From Lama guanicoe (taxonomy: Eukaryota), in the NCBI GenBank assembly GCA_013239625.1, contig MU053881.1:13754373-13818372 (forward strand): 64,000 nt of DNA, written 5' to 3'. The number at the start of each line of letters is the position of its first letter. Position 1 is the stretch's first letter. Below are positions 39,001 through 52,844 of this stretch, in pieces. The notes beneath the pieces are model-generated. The model was given only the letters and a program-made list of their open reading frames with translations. It did not search any database and was not told the DNA's origin. A program made the translations under genes and the position numbers.

Positions 39001-41504
39001 ACAGGTAAGTGCTTAACATTCTTCAGAAAGAGCTGCAGCTCTGCCTAGTGAGTGGGTTTTATGTCTCCCAAACTCGGAAATTGTTTGCCTCACCTTTGAG
39101 ACCTTATCTTAGCCATGTTTCTTTTCATAGATCCTCCTTTTCTTGAGTCCTAGCTGGTACGTGAGAGAAGTTCCTAGTTTCTGCTTGTTGCACATGACCT
39201 GACTTTGGTCGGACCCTCTCTCCCAGATAGATTTTTATCCAGAAGGACCAAGGAATTTCTAATTCCTACTCAACTATTATCTTCCTCATAGCACCTTCTA
39301 CTCTTTATTTTATTTTGTGAAGTCATATTCTGATCACTTTCAACCCCACCCAGACCACACAGGTATCATAGGTATTTGTCTGATATCTTTAGACGTTTTC
39401 CCTTTTATATCCCCTAAATATTATATGAGCAAACTTAGACCAGGAGAGCTTTCCAAACCTGCCCACTATTTACACTCTTTTTTTTTCCTCTTCCTCTCTG
39501 TAAATTGCTTTGCCATTTTTGTTCTGTTTTCCCAGCAGTAACTACCCCCAGTTTGTCAACCACCTTTGTTTTATTTCTTCTCTCACTGCAAAATATTTGA
39601 AATACTTCTTGCAAAAACATTAGCTAAAAATAAGTTGAATGGCATCTCCATGAAGGGCACAGCATTGTTCCGTGGAAGGGTGTGTATGTGGGAAAGCGCT
39701 CAGTCGCTCCAGGTCTCTTGTTTATTTCCCCAAATCCTTATTAAGGAACCGGTGAACATCAGGAAAAGCTCATTGTGGTCCTCTATGTCATGTGTTCTCT
39801 TGATTTCTTATTAGGGCCACCTTATCCCTTCCCAAGAAGAGAAAAGTAGAGCTGTCGTGTCATAGTACTTTGGGAGGAAAATAAATTTGAGACTTCCAGA
39901 GTTTGTTATTGAAGGAATAGAAAGATCTGTTCAGCTCTGTTCGCAATGCCACCTCTCACCAACATGATGGACTTGAAAAAAGCTTCCAACTGGTTGAGTT
40001 TGCACTGGGAAGAAATACCAGTTACAATGACTGTAGCCCAAGCTGGGAAATGAGTCACAGATGCCTTAAGAAAAAAAAAAAAAAAGAAATTAAATGTCCA
40101 ATTTTATTAAGTCTTTGTGTGACTCTGTAGGCTCTTAAACTTGATGTTAAAGGTCATAGTTCTCTTTGTTTGGGGGGAAAATCATGCCATTGAAAACATC
40201 TTGTTTTTTCAAAGTCAAGTGGAGAGCCTGTCCTGGAATGAAGAGGTTGGGGATATGAGGAGCTGAAAGTTTGTCTTCTCTGGTGACAGAGTAGAACATA
40301 AATTATTTTGGTTTTTAGGTTCATCCCCTCTGCCTCCAGGCCCCCGTGGGCAGGGCCAAGAGAAAAAGGGGGGCAGGTCAAGGGAGAAGAGAAGGAGGTA
40401 CAGCTGTGCCCCCCTGAGAATAGCTGGTCACTGGACCCCAGGAACAGTGATAACTGAGATCCAGTTGGGAAGGTTGAAGTTTTCCATTTCTGCATGTAAA
40501 TTCCTACACGTCATACCTAAGTCTTTATCAAAGTTCAGATAATCACCATAACCTAGTTTCAGCCTTGCTCATGGGGAAGCGATGTCAGGTTCTTGGGCGA
40601 AGTGAAGCAGGCTCGGAGGTGGGGGGTCCACAGTGCAGAGAAAGGCTGTCCTCAGGGGGCCACCAAGAGACAGAATGGATTTTAACTACATGTTGTCACT
40701 CCCAGTGGATTTGTAGAGCTACTTGCAAGGAATGATGGCAAGAAACTGATAGATTTTTCTGCAGCTGAGTAGAATGACGGCTCGGACTGAGTCACCTCTT
40801 TAAAAATGCACTTGATGCTGGAGGTATGAGGACTTGTAGGTGGTACTCACACAGTCTGACTCGTAAGGCGGTGGATTCCATTCCGCTGGTCTCCCCTCAG
40901 GGACCTGGTGGGTGGAGATACATTACTCCTCCTCCTTGGCTCGCCTGATGATCCTGCATCTCTGCTTTCCTTTCTTCGCAGTCTCACCTCTAACAGAATG
41001 TTTACCTGTTTCTGTCTGGGTTCCCATAATACATGTTTGGATTCAAGATCCGGTCCTTTGAGTCCCTCAAGGAGAAGGTCAAAGGTGAAAAGGAGGAGGA
41101 GGAGTGGAAGAAAGTAAAGGAAAATAAAGGTGGGGAGAGATGGAGTGTGGGGAGGTGGAGGAAAGTAGTAGGTTGAAGTACTGCTTAGGCCAGCCAGGCA
41201 GCACTGATTTTCTCAGCATCTCTGGCGTTAAGACAAGCCATCACCACCATCTAGTTTAATCCACTGTAACCAACTATCGCGTGACACTGATGTGATCCTG
41301 AGAGAGAACCTTTATGTTGGGCTGCATCATTATTCACAAACCAGTGGGGACTAACTCAAAACGTCACTCCAAAGAGTCATGTCACTTTCGGACAGAGGAC
41401 ACACAGAGATGGATATGGGGAGATGTGCCTTCACTTTACCTGTCTGAGTTCAGTCACTATTCACGCACGGCCACATGGTCTTAACTCTGTCACTCCACCG
41501 TCTA

Positions 41505-41705
41505 ATAATTAGCTAGCAGGTACCGAGCACTCCTAAGGACCCAGCCTTAGGCTACGTGCACCATCTCATCCCACTTACAGCCACTGAGGAAGGACAATGC
41601 TACAGTTATCCATATTTTAAAAAAGAAAATTAAGGTTTAGAGAGATTCTGAAACTTGTTCAAGGTCCCAAATAATATAGTAGAAAAATGGGGATCCGAGC
41701 CCAGC
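41505..41705 (-). mobile_element. MIR SINE
   Basis: 'tatccatattttaaaaaagaaaattaaggtttagagagatt...acttgttcaaggtccca...gggatccgagcccag'. Confidence 0.6.
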
Positions 41706-44700
41706 CTGTGCTGCTAAGTACCATGCCCCCACGCTTTCTGTCTCCTCGTCTAGAATCAGCTCTTTCTCTTAATTGCTTGCACGTGCTTTACTCATCTCAG
41801 GTGACTCTGGTTTTTTTGTTGTTTTTTTTTTAAGGTCTCTGCCTTCCTTGAGTGGCTGAAGCAGGGCAGCTTATTCACATCTGAGCTTTGTCCTGCTGGT
41901 GTTTTCCCTCCAAAGGGCTTCTGGGTGACACTCAGCGGGCGTCTGATCGTCTTCCATCCCTCATCAGTGGTGATGAGCTCGGAGAATGAGACGCCTCATT
42001 AGTAGATCTGAAATCTGAAAATCTAAGGACACAATCAGAACTCCTTGGTACAGTGGTTCTTCAGAGGGAGCAACTGATTTAAATCCTTCGGGCTTCTGTT
42101 TCCTCATCTGTAAAATGAAGCAGAGATAATGCTCAGTGCAGGAACCTGTTGTAGGGAACAAAGGAGATGAAACCAAAAAAGTTCATAGACTTATGCCTGA
42201 CGTAAAGTATGTGCACCAGAAATTTTAGCTGTTTTTACTGTTGTTAATTAGAGAAGATTTCTAATCCCCATTGAGCAGAGGAAGAAACTTAAATCCAGCG
42301 GGGAGGTTCCTTGCCTCAAATGATACAACTGGTCACTGGCAGAGACAAAAGACTTGCATTCCGTGATCATCCACTGAGCATCTGTGTGTCAGTCTCTGTG
42401 GTAGATGCTGGGGACACTCGGATTAATATGTGCAGTGTGACCTCTTTTCAGTATGGCACGTTTCCCTAAATATTCATGAGTACGCTCAAAGGGGAAAATG
42501 CTGAGGGTTCTGGAGACGAGTTGTCATCTCAGGGTCAAATGGTAGGTGCTGTAGACGGTGTGTGAAAACAGGAACTCAGACACCCTGATGCCTAAGCTCC
42601 GACCCGTTCCATCCCACGAAGCTGCCTTCTGCTGGATGTAATTAGGAAAGTATATCTTTAGAAAACTGACACCCATTATACAGTGTATTCCAACATCAAC
42701 TATAAATTATTCTCTCCATCAGTGCAGGAAATTGGGTGTTGACTGTGTTTCAGTTAGAAAAAAAAAAGTTGATTCAAATTCTACTTGAGAATATCATCTA
42801 GGGAATGAGGCCTCCATAAAAAGTCATAGACTAAGAGTTTAGAAGACTTGGTTCTAGTCCATTTGCTCCTAGTTAAGTTGTTTCCTGTGTTGAATAAGCA
42901 GGGTTTCATTTCTGGTACAAACGGGGCGTTTGTGCACTTGGGGAGGTAGGGAGGGAAAAGTAAGCTAGGATGTTTATGTGCCTTCTTTCCTGCTGGTGCT
43001 GTCTTTATATACATTATGTTATTTTCATTTTATTCTTAGTTCTTGGAGGAGGGACCACTTAATAGAGAATCTTTATACCCAAAGAATGGAAGAGGACTTA
43101 TCCATATGCACTGGGAGATACTGGCTCCCAGGGTTTCTAGGCGTTCATGCAGGGGTCCAGACTCTGAGGGCAGAAGCAGCGTGAGTGGGAAGTAGCCAGT
43201 GGCTTCCTACCATCAGGAGGAAATTAGCAGAGAGGAACTTTTTTCTCTCTTGTCCCCACTCCCACTCCTGGCACCACAGTCTTGTCCTGGGCAGTCTTGG
43301 CATGAGATGCTAAGCAGAGACACAGCTGAGAAAGATGGCCCTAGGTAACATGAGGCTGAAAGAAAAGGGAGGACATGTGGTGGAAAGGTGGCAGAGATCG
43401 CCACCTTGGAGGTGAGAGATCCGTAGGAATAACCAGGCTGGCTCCCCTTCTGAGTGTCTACCATATGCCAAACGTTGTTCAGAAGTTGTTTCTAAGACAA
43501 GTAACCGGTCAAGTACGACATCTGTATTTCAGTGATGAGGAAGTGGAGACTTAAGGAGGTTACATAACTTACCCAAGCCAAACAGTCAATGTCAGAGCTT
43601 AGCTTTCCACTTGTACCTGTCTGTCTATAAAATCTACTCACTTCATTCATGCCGTGCTGAGACGTGGCTATGAAAGGGTATAGAAAGTTAAGAATGTTTA
43701 TCTCAGTGACTGCCTGTATTCAAAACTCAAAAAACCCCTCAGTTTCCTCCTCTGTAAAACAAGGAGATTTAGGTCCCATCTGGAAGCATAATTTTGGGCA
43801 AACAGAAGCTTAACACCCTTTGACACCTGCCTTGGCAAAGCACACATTATAATCATTCAAAAGAAGCCTCCTCTAACTCTCAGTAAATAAAATCTACTTT
43901 GGATAAGCAGGATAAACAAGAGAAGCACAGGAGCCATGCGAGAATCTGCAAGCAGAGATAAATAACTATACGCAGAAAAATAATTTTCAGCGTCTGGAGA
44001 TTCATGAAGACTAAGAACTAAAACAGAGATAGAGCTGTGGGTGTAGTGGCCTGACAATAAATCACGGAGAGGAATGGTTGGAGGGATTTTTTTTAAGGTC
44101 ATTTATTCTAGTGCGTCTTCTTCACCTCCATGCCCCCCGGTCATCTTCCAGGCTCTGCTTAACCATGTTCAGAAGGCGGAACACACCATTTTAGGGAAAA
44201 TTCTTGCATTGAGCTCAACCTTCTGCCACAACAAATCATGGAGAATATAAAGCCTAAATAATGCGTTTCAGTTGAGCAGTGGCATTCGTTTGGCACTGTC
44301 TTTGGCCTCCTGACAAACAAGCTGAAATAAAGAGGAGAAAAGACTCAAACATTTTGGTGGAATGTTTTCAAGATAACGTGCAATCAGAATAATTAATGCA
44401 AGTGCCAATGTGATATTCGTTTCTGGATTCATTTACCTTATGAAATGAATCTTAATTACCATGTCAAAGCTTGGCATCAAAAGAAAGGGACAAAAAGTCT
44501 CGACAAAAATTTTTGTTTCAAAACGATCTAGGCAGATGACTTGGGGTTAGCTCCCTCATAAGATTTATAATCAAAGGTATTCTTTTTAGACTCTAGCTTT
44601 TTTGTAAGGCCACCTCTTCTTGGGTGAATTGGTTTGATGGAAAGAGGGCCATTATGTGTAACCAAATGGCTGGTCTCATAAACAAAAAGTCCTTGGGGAA

Positions 44701-44725
44701 ATGGAGGAAGAATAAATTTCCCGAA

Positions 44726-45135
44726 TGCTATGGACTGAATTGTGCCCCCTCAAAATTCCTGTGCTTAAGTCTGACCCACAGTGTGGCTGTGCTTGGGAAT
44801 AGGACCTTTAGGAGATAATTGAAGCTAGATGAGGTCATAGGGTGGAGCCTTGATCTGATGGGATGAGTGTGTTTATAAGAAGAGCTGCCAGGGAGCTTGC
44901 TCTCACTCCCACCCCCACACGCACACGCACATGCACACGCAGTGAGGGAAAGCCATGTGCGTGCACAGTGAGAAGGTAGCCATCTGCAAGCTGGAAAGAG
45001 ATCCCTTACAAGAAACTGAACCATGCCAGACCTGGAGCTTAGAAGTTCCATCCTCTAGGACTACGAGAGAACTCAGTCCTGCTGTTGAAGTCACGTAGTC
45101 TGTGATGTCTGGTCATGGCAGCCCAACCAAGCAGG
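44726..45135 (+). mobile_element. MLT1A-like MaLR solo LTR
   Basis: Starts 'tgctatggactgaattgtgccccctcaaaattc'; 'tgaggtcatagggtggagcct...gccatgtg...gagaaggtagccatctgcaagc...ttccatcctctaggact...gtagtctgtgatgtctggtcatggcagcc'. Confidence 0.85.
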
Positions 45136-48100
45136 GCATGATTGTTGATCACAGGTTATGTGTGTTCCTATATGCTTACAATGGAGTCCAGGATCGCTGC
45201 CTGTTGACCTCTCTGATCTCACATCTTCCCGTTCTCCATCCACACCGTCTTGACTTCCAATCAGACTGAACTACTCTGAGTTCCCTGGATCCATACTTCT
45301 GTCTTCCCCGCTTCCAACCACGGATTCTCTTTCCACAGCAGTCAGTGTGACGTTTTTAAAAGTCAAATGCAAATATATTCCTGCCCTGCCTAACCCTCTA
45401 GGGGCCTTGACTGCACTTAGATGCAAGCCAGAATCTTTCAACTGACCCTCCGGACCCCATAAGTTCAGTTTGCTTCCTCCTTTTCCCCTTGTCTTGCACC
45501 CTAACTCCACAGCTCTCTATTCCACTCACACTAATTTCTCAAGTGTCTCTCCTTCCTCCCTCCTGGTCTCCTAGGTCTACACCTCCTCTAAACAAACAGA
45601 ACAAAGACAAGCCATTCTCATCTTCTGAGGAGGTGATCTTCCCTTACACGTTTACTTCCTGGCACTCATCACTGCTTTTTTTCTGATACTGTGATTATTC
45701 TTGGGCATCCCATTCAGTAGAAAGTTCAGAGGCTGTGTGAACTGGTCTCCACTGGACCCACGGAATGTAGCACGAAGCCCAGTGCATAATCACTTATTTA
45801 ATAACTACATACCCTCAGTTAACTGCTTTTACCTCCTTCTCTCCCTCCTCTCTACCTCAGCCTCCCAAACATCCTGCAAGTCTTAGCACAGAAAACATTC
45901 TTCTGAAGCAATCTATCCTTCTCCCATCCTAAACTTTATTTTCTGCATCTTAACATTATCCTGTTTGCTTAACCATCCCATCCACTAAATTGCGATCTCT
46001 TTAAAGGCATGGGCTACACTATGTGGACTTCTGTATCATCAGAGCTGAGCAGAGTGTCTGGCACTAGCAGAACTCAAAATCATTTAACAAATGATCAAAG
46101 TAGAGAGTACAGTGCTGTCCAGTGGTTATTAGCTAGCATGCCAGTTATTTTTTAAAATAATCTAAGTTCTACTTCTTAAAAAAATGCCTTCATGTATGTG
46201 GGTAATGGGATGTGTTTGTTACAGAAGAAGAAAGCTGTATTGACCGGAATGTGTCCCAGAAGTTTTCCAGGACATCAGCACAATTGCTTAAAAAGCACAG
46301 GCAGTAGCAGGGTTGCCCAGGATGTCTGTAAGATGCTAGTCTGGAAGGCTTTGTTTTAACTGAATTGATTTATTCCTTGGTCATCACCTAGCTGTGCAGG
46401 ATGCCTCCTGGAGACTGGCTATGGTGTCTTCATTTGCTTTTGAAAATATACATGGCTTCAGCATTGCTTGGCAGGAGTTTTCCTCTTCACAGTCTCCCTG
46501 AGGTAAGAAAGCTGGGAAACACGTTTTAGGCAATGTGGATGGGAAGTGACCCCTCCCAGATGGAAGTTAATGGACCAAGTACACGTTTGACCCTTGTGTG
46601 GATTAACTCCAAGACCTCTCCGAGAAGTCTGGAATTAGAACTTCCAAATGCTGGTTGTTTTTTTCTCCTTGCCTGAGTCGAGGAGAACTAAGCTAAAAGA
46701 CTACAAGAGAAAGCATGTCTGCCAAGATGAAAGATTGAAAGGGACAAAGGTAGCAGAGATGAAAAATGATGTGGTCCCAGAGAGACGGACACAGCTACAC
46801 AGATGAGGATGGGGGAGGTTAGCTGCCTTGATGCAACTAAGGAGAATTACTGGAGAGTTTAACATATGTTTGCTGGTTTCTGTCCTTTCTCAGGCTGGAC
46901 TGCCCGTGCTGCTTGTGATACGCAATACACTCTTGCTTCTTTCTGAGTTGCTTTTCTGATGCTATAGTTGAGTGACTGTTCCTTACCTAAAACCAAAAGT
47001 ACTTGATCAAGGCAAGGATTTTATACTTATATTGAGTCTCAAGTCATTGCAAACTGACTTTTAAAAAAAGTAAACAAAAAAACCCCACGTAGAGCTAAGG
47101 AACTGTGACTTCCAGGAGAATGAAAGGAAGCAGAAACTTATCTGGAAGGAGGTGATCTTGGATTGAGCTGGACTGATACGGGAATTTTCTATCCTTCCCT
47201 GGGCAAGAAAGAGAATCAAAGCACAGAGCCTGTCTGACTTGGGGTTTTGATTCTCTGCATTGCCCCCCCCCAAACAAATAAATAAAATAATAAAAAAATA
47301 AGTAAAAATAAAAAGAGTTATCCTTGAAATCTATCCACACTATAAGTTTAAAGATACAACAAAGTTGCAATATAGTTAACCTTGTAATGCAGACGTTTTC
47401 CTATCATATTCTGTTGGTCCCAACTGTTGGTTAATGCTGGTAATCACACATGGTAACTACCATTTGTGGAGAGTCTACCATATACTAGGCACTGTGTGGT
47501 AGTTCATTGGAGCCGTTCATCAACCCTATGATAGACATAATTTTTTTTAAGTGCATAGATCAGAGACGAGAGAATATATTTAAGTAATCTGCATGTTCAT
47601 GTAGATTTAAGCCAGCCTTCACTCTTAATACATCATTACAATATATAAAATTCAGGTAAGACCAACACTTAAAATTGCACTTGGTATATTTAAATGGATT
47701 TTAGTTAGATACCCTGATGGCAAATCCTAGAGCAATTGTAGGGGAAAAACAGATTTCAAAGCCCCAAATCCCACATCTAGGTTTTAAAAACTAGTGATTT
47801 TCCAGGGTCTCCTAGAATTTCAGTCTTTTTTTCTGGAAAAAAATAAAATCTACTCGAGTATTTCATAGAGTCCTTCAAAGCTTTCTTTACATTTCAATTT
47901 AACCCCCTAAAAAAGGCAAGGGGAGAAGAAATTGGCTCATGAAGCAATTCCCTTAAGTTAAAAGTTTTCTACTTTGGCAATAAGCAAAAACTATTGTTTA
48001 TATGTAAGGTCCTTGCAATATTTCTCTCTCTCAATGTCTCCTTGTGTGTGTGCATGTACGTGTGTGTCTGGGTGTATATTCCAGATGGAAAAATAACACA

Positions 48101-49224
48101 CAAAAGACTTAGGAGATCTAAATTATAGTCCTATCTCTGACTGTAATTCTCTAAGTATACCTGGACAATCACTTAACTTCATTTCCCCATTTTTCTCAGT
48201 TGTAAAGTTCAAATTTAAGTGCTTGATCTTGTTTGGAGAATGAAAATGCCAGGTAATGGTGTTACATGCTTAATCTTCTTGATAACTTCCCCCAACAGGG
48301 AGTGATGATCATTCACAGACCATGCGAAACTTTCTGGTAAGGGGGTTTTGCAGTGGTTTTTGCTTTCTTTTTTCCGCCTTTGCCTTAGACCTTTGGAGAT
48401 CATTATCTGAAAGGGGAACTCTAATTTCTCTGGAGGGTTAATGGGAATTTTTGTAGCATAAAATCGCACAACTGTGATTGAAACAAATGGAGCATTTAAA
48501 TCAATAACAACAAATCATTAGAACAGCTGGTAATTAACCTTTCATCTCTGTAAAGGATTATTTAGGAAGCCACACAGGGTAGCATCTTGTATACAAGTGT
48601 GGTGTTAGTGGAAAACCTGCTGGTCCAAACACTGTTTTAATCATGAGTTAGAAATATGAAATGGAGCATGATTTGATTTTAGAACTGATGCTTTTCAGAT
48701 GCAAAACTTCCAAAGGTGACTGAAGATAATAGTGCAGGGTTTTCCAAATTTACATAGCTGTTTTCATCTCTAGATTACAGCAGATTTTTATAAACATAAT
48801 TTATTTATGCTCTGCATGACTGGGATAAGAAATAATGGCTTTTGAGAAATGAGAAATATATCATAAAAAGAGACATACGTATTCCTCTAAGGAAGGGACA
48901 GGAGAGAGAAGAACTCTTTTCCTCAAGTCAAATAACCACCAAACCATTGCATAGTTCTTGATGCTTCAGACTAATTTATCTGTCCCCCTTAGGGACATCT
49001 CAAAAGAGTGAGAGTTTTATTTGAAATAAACTAGACTTCAGCAAAAGTAGTGGATCTGATGCGTAACACGGTGTCAGCATTCTAAGGCACATGGCAGAGC
49101 AGAGCTCATTTGTCACTTACTTATTCAACAAAATTATGAGGACCTACTATGCCCATAGCATTTTGCAAGCTACGGGAGAGCACAGCGATGAGTTAAGCTC
49201 TTCTCTAAACTCCAGGGATATACA

Positions 49225-49294
49225 TAGCTGCCATGATGACCACTGGATAAAGTGGGAATTAGCTGCCATGATGACCGCTGGATAAAGTGGGAAT
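49225..49294 (+). repeat. 35-bp direct tandem duplication
   Basis: tagctgccatgatgacc[a/g]ctggataaagtgggaat at 49225-49259 and 49260-49294, one mismatch. Confidence 0.95.
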
Positions 49295-49687
49295 GCACAG
49301 AAAGAACATACAGCTCACTCTTGGAGAGTCAGGGAGGCCACTTAGAAAAAGCATCAGCTAAGCCAAAATCTGATGGATGAATCAGTATTAACCAGGGGAA
49401 GAAAGAAGGGCTGAGAGGAATATCAGTGCAATAGTCGAGAAAAAAGAGAAAACTGTGGAGCTGCAAGTATGTCAGTTTAACAGGAGTTTAGAGTTCAATG
49501 AAAGGAGAGGAGAACCACAGGGTTGAAGAGAGAAGTATTAACCATATCATAAAGTAACCGGTCCTGCTGCTAAAATTTTTTAAGAGTAGGCTCACTGCAC
49601 GTTCAATATCTGCCTTCTAGCCCCCTTGTGGATTATTTGGGCTGAGTAATTAGGTCTCAGATAGACTTTTCAAAGCTATTCTTACAT

Positions 49688-50100
49688 CTTTTTTTTTATT
49701 ATTCTTATTGAAGTACAATCAGTTACAATGTGTCCTTTTCTGGTATACAGCACAATGTCCCAGTCATGCATAAATATACATATATTCATATTCTTTGTCA
49801 TTAAAGGATCTTACAGGATATTGAATGTAGTTCCCTGTGCTACACAGAAGAAATATTTTAATCTATTTTTATATAGAGTGACTAACATTTGCAAATCTCA
49901 AACCCCCAAATTTATCCCTTCCCACCCCCTTTCGCCTGGTGACTATAAGATTGTTTACTATGTCTGTGAGTCTGTTTCTGTTTTGTAGATGAATTCATTA
50001 GTGTCCTCTTTTTCTTTTTTTTTTTAAGATTCCACATATGAGTGAGACCATACAGTATTTTTCTTTCTCTTTCTGACTTACTTCCCTTAAACTGACAATC
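49688..50100 (-). mobile_element. 5'-truncated L1 (3' UTR)
   Basis: Poly-T then 'ttattgaagtacaatcagttacaatgtgtcc...ttccctgtgctacacagaag...gattccacatatgagtgag...ctgacttacttc'; closely similar to the reverse complement of 53300-53670. Confidence 0.9.
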
Positions 50101-51329
50101 TCTTGCCCAGAGCCCTACCATTAAACTTCCTTAGCAGTGACAGTTTGCCATAGCACCTCCACTCCCCAGCCAAGAGCTTGTCCTCTCATGTGTGTCAGCA
50201 TGGTCTCACTCCCGTGCTTTCCTTTTTTGACCCATTGGGCTAAACACATCCTTCCTGGCTGTGTTATACTTACTTTAGTTGGTGAAGTACTGCTAACTCA
50301 TAAATGTGTCCATCTCCCTTGGAAGATTCTGTCCGAAGGGCCAGTACAAACCTTCCATAAAACCAAGCCAAGAATTTACTCTTTTCTAATGTAAGCCAAA
50401 AGAAATCATCCCCTAAAGAAAACATAACTGGTCTCATAACCATCAGAGTATAGAGTTCTTCCCTAGTGGAGAAAAACCTACCATTGTATCCTTTCTTGAT
50501 TTATAAACCAGTTTTACCAGTAGCTTTTGTAAAATTTAGTTGAATTAATAATGTAATTTTGTGGGGCTGTTTTTAACTAATCAAAATTATGCCTAAGTTT
50601 TATGCATACAGACATGATATGAGGAGCCCAGTTTATTAGCCTTGACCTGGTTTAATTTTGAAAAAAAAAGTCTAGCATTTTAGTTTCTCTGAGATCAGCA
50701 ACTAGGAACAGCAAGATTTTATATCTTATCCAAAGGATATAAAGGAAGTTAGAAGTGGAGGAAGAAATTCTGACAAAAGCATTATGGTTTTCTCCAGACA
50801 GCATTTTCACAATGCCTGTTGTAAGTAGGTGATAGAAATTTCCAACAAAATTGTTCGAGCCTTCTTAATTCTTAGGATGATTTAAAAAAGGGGATACTGC
50901 TTTAGTTAATCTTAAAACTTTTCTTCTTTCTTCTGCATTTGATTTGAGCATGCTTAAATTCTGTGTCCTTTGCCACCGGCCCATTGTCAAGGGTTTCTGC
51001 TTTTCTCGAATCTAGCTAGGGTCGGGGTGGAGGAATCGTTCATTCTCATAATACATTTTGAATTGTGAATAAATGTTTGAGGTTGAATAGTCAAAAATGA
51101 TAATGAATAAAACCTTTTCCAACACACAGGAAATGTTCAGTGAAATGTTATTATTAGGTTATAATAACCTCTACTGCTATTTGCAGAACACTGTGATAAA
51201 CTTATAATAATTCAGTGGATATAGGCATTTTCAACTTCATTTATAGCTGAGGAAAAGCATACAGAGGTCACGCAGAGAAGCAGAGCCCAGCTACGGCATA
51301 ACTCAATCTATTTTGTCTTTTTTTTTTTT

Positions 51330-51720
51330 CCTGGAAACACACTCAGAGTAGATTTTCCAGCTTTCATTTTCAGTTACCTGTGGACGTGTTACTGAGTTCT
51401 AGCCAATCAAGACACTTAGAGAGAAGTGGGGAATGCCATTTCCGGACCTGACTGGGAATTAATATTCTGTACTCAATCCTCCATGCTGCTTCCTCCTTCT
51501 ACCATAAATTCCAGAAGCTATCCATGCTATCCTAGAGAATGGCAAAATCACGAGATGGATGAGACTGGGAACTCGAATCACTACTTGGAGGTTGGCCACC
51601 AACCCATCAGGAGTACTAGTTTTGGTCTTTCAGTGAGAGAGCTCGAGACTTCTGTTGCGTTAAACCACTGAGATCTGGGGATTTGTTTATTACAGCAGCT
51701 AGCGTTACCCTAAGCAGTAC
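51330..51720 (+). mobile_element. MLT1-type MaLR LTR
   Basis: 'ttttccagct...gtgttactgagttctagccaat...ttaaaccactgagatctggggatttgtttattacagcagctagcgttaccctaagcagtaca' (ends in ACA). Confidence 0.75.
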
Positions 51721-52844
51721 ATGCAGCCAGTAATGGAAGGAAACAGAATTTGAATGAAGGCATTCCTTGTCCCAGAACATATGCTCTTAAATACTTCTCA
51801 GCTGTCAAACAATACAGTGTCTCCAGTATGTTGCTTCTGGGACTGTTGTAGTGGAGATTCTATGTGGAAACTCATTACCGGAAGCATTTGCAAAATATTT
51901 CCCAAGCCTCAAGCTCCCTTCTGGTTCCACTCAGAAGGTCCATTTTCCCCTCCTTAGGAATTCAGAATCACAGAAAATGATGTTATGTCTAATGGATTAC
52001 ACAGTGGGGCAATGACCATGGCTGCTTGCTTATTTATGACAACTTATTTACTGCCTCTATGGTGTCTTTAAGATCATTTTTAACAACTGCACCCAAGAAA
52101 CATAAATTATTTGGGCTTCACTGGCTAAACACAGGTTATTTTTTTCATCGGGTACTGTGGAACCTAGGAACTTAGATTTGTATTGGAACCTGGCAAAATG
52201 AAGAGGAAATAACTTCCTGTTTTGGGTGCATTCGTGATAATTGAAAATAATAAAAAAAAATCATTATCCAGATGAGGTGACACAACCAGTTTATTCTAGA
52301 ACTTTGGTCTGAAAGACTTTTTGTGGAAAGCCATCTCATCAGGATCAAGAAAATGCGTTGTGGTTAGACTCGGTGATGCATTTCAACATCATAGTTTAGT
52401 TTCTTTCTGCCACTCAGTACCCCCTGAACTCTGAATAAAATAATTTTCCAGAGGGGCCCCCAAAGCAAATGCTGTCTTCATAAGGCTTTTGAAAAATCTG
52501 TTTGTGTTTGATCTACCTGTCATTTCTCAAAGATAGAAAATGGGAAGATAATATCTTGTCACTCTGGGGTAATGTATTGTTTTGAGCTGCAAAATGAAAA
52601 TTCTCTTGGTATATTGATTGGCCTGATCCTGGGTGAAGTAAAAAGCCCCCAACATTTATTTAAATACCTTGGGTAGTAAGAAGATCCTTCTATCTAAAAC
52701 ATTTCCTTCATCTGCTTTTTAGTGCTTAAAGTTATCTAAGCGTCAAAGCCAAAATCTCAAAAGACATAAAAATCCCGCTCGGGCAGGAAATACAAGTACC
52801 AAAACTTAAACTACCTGAAAACAACTTATTTCAGGGCTTTTCCC

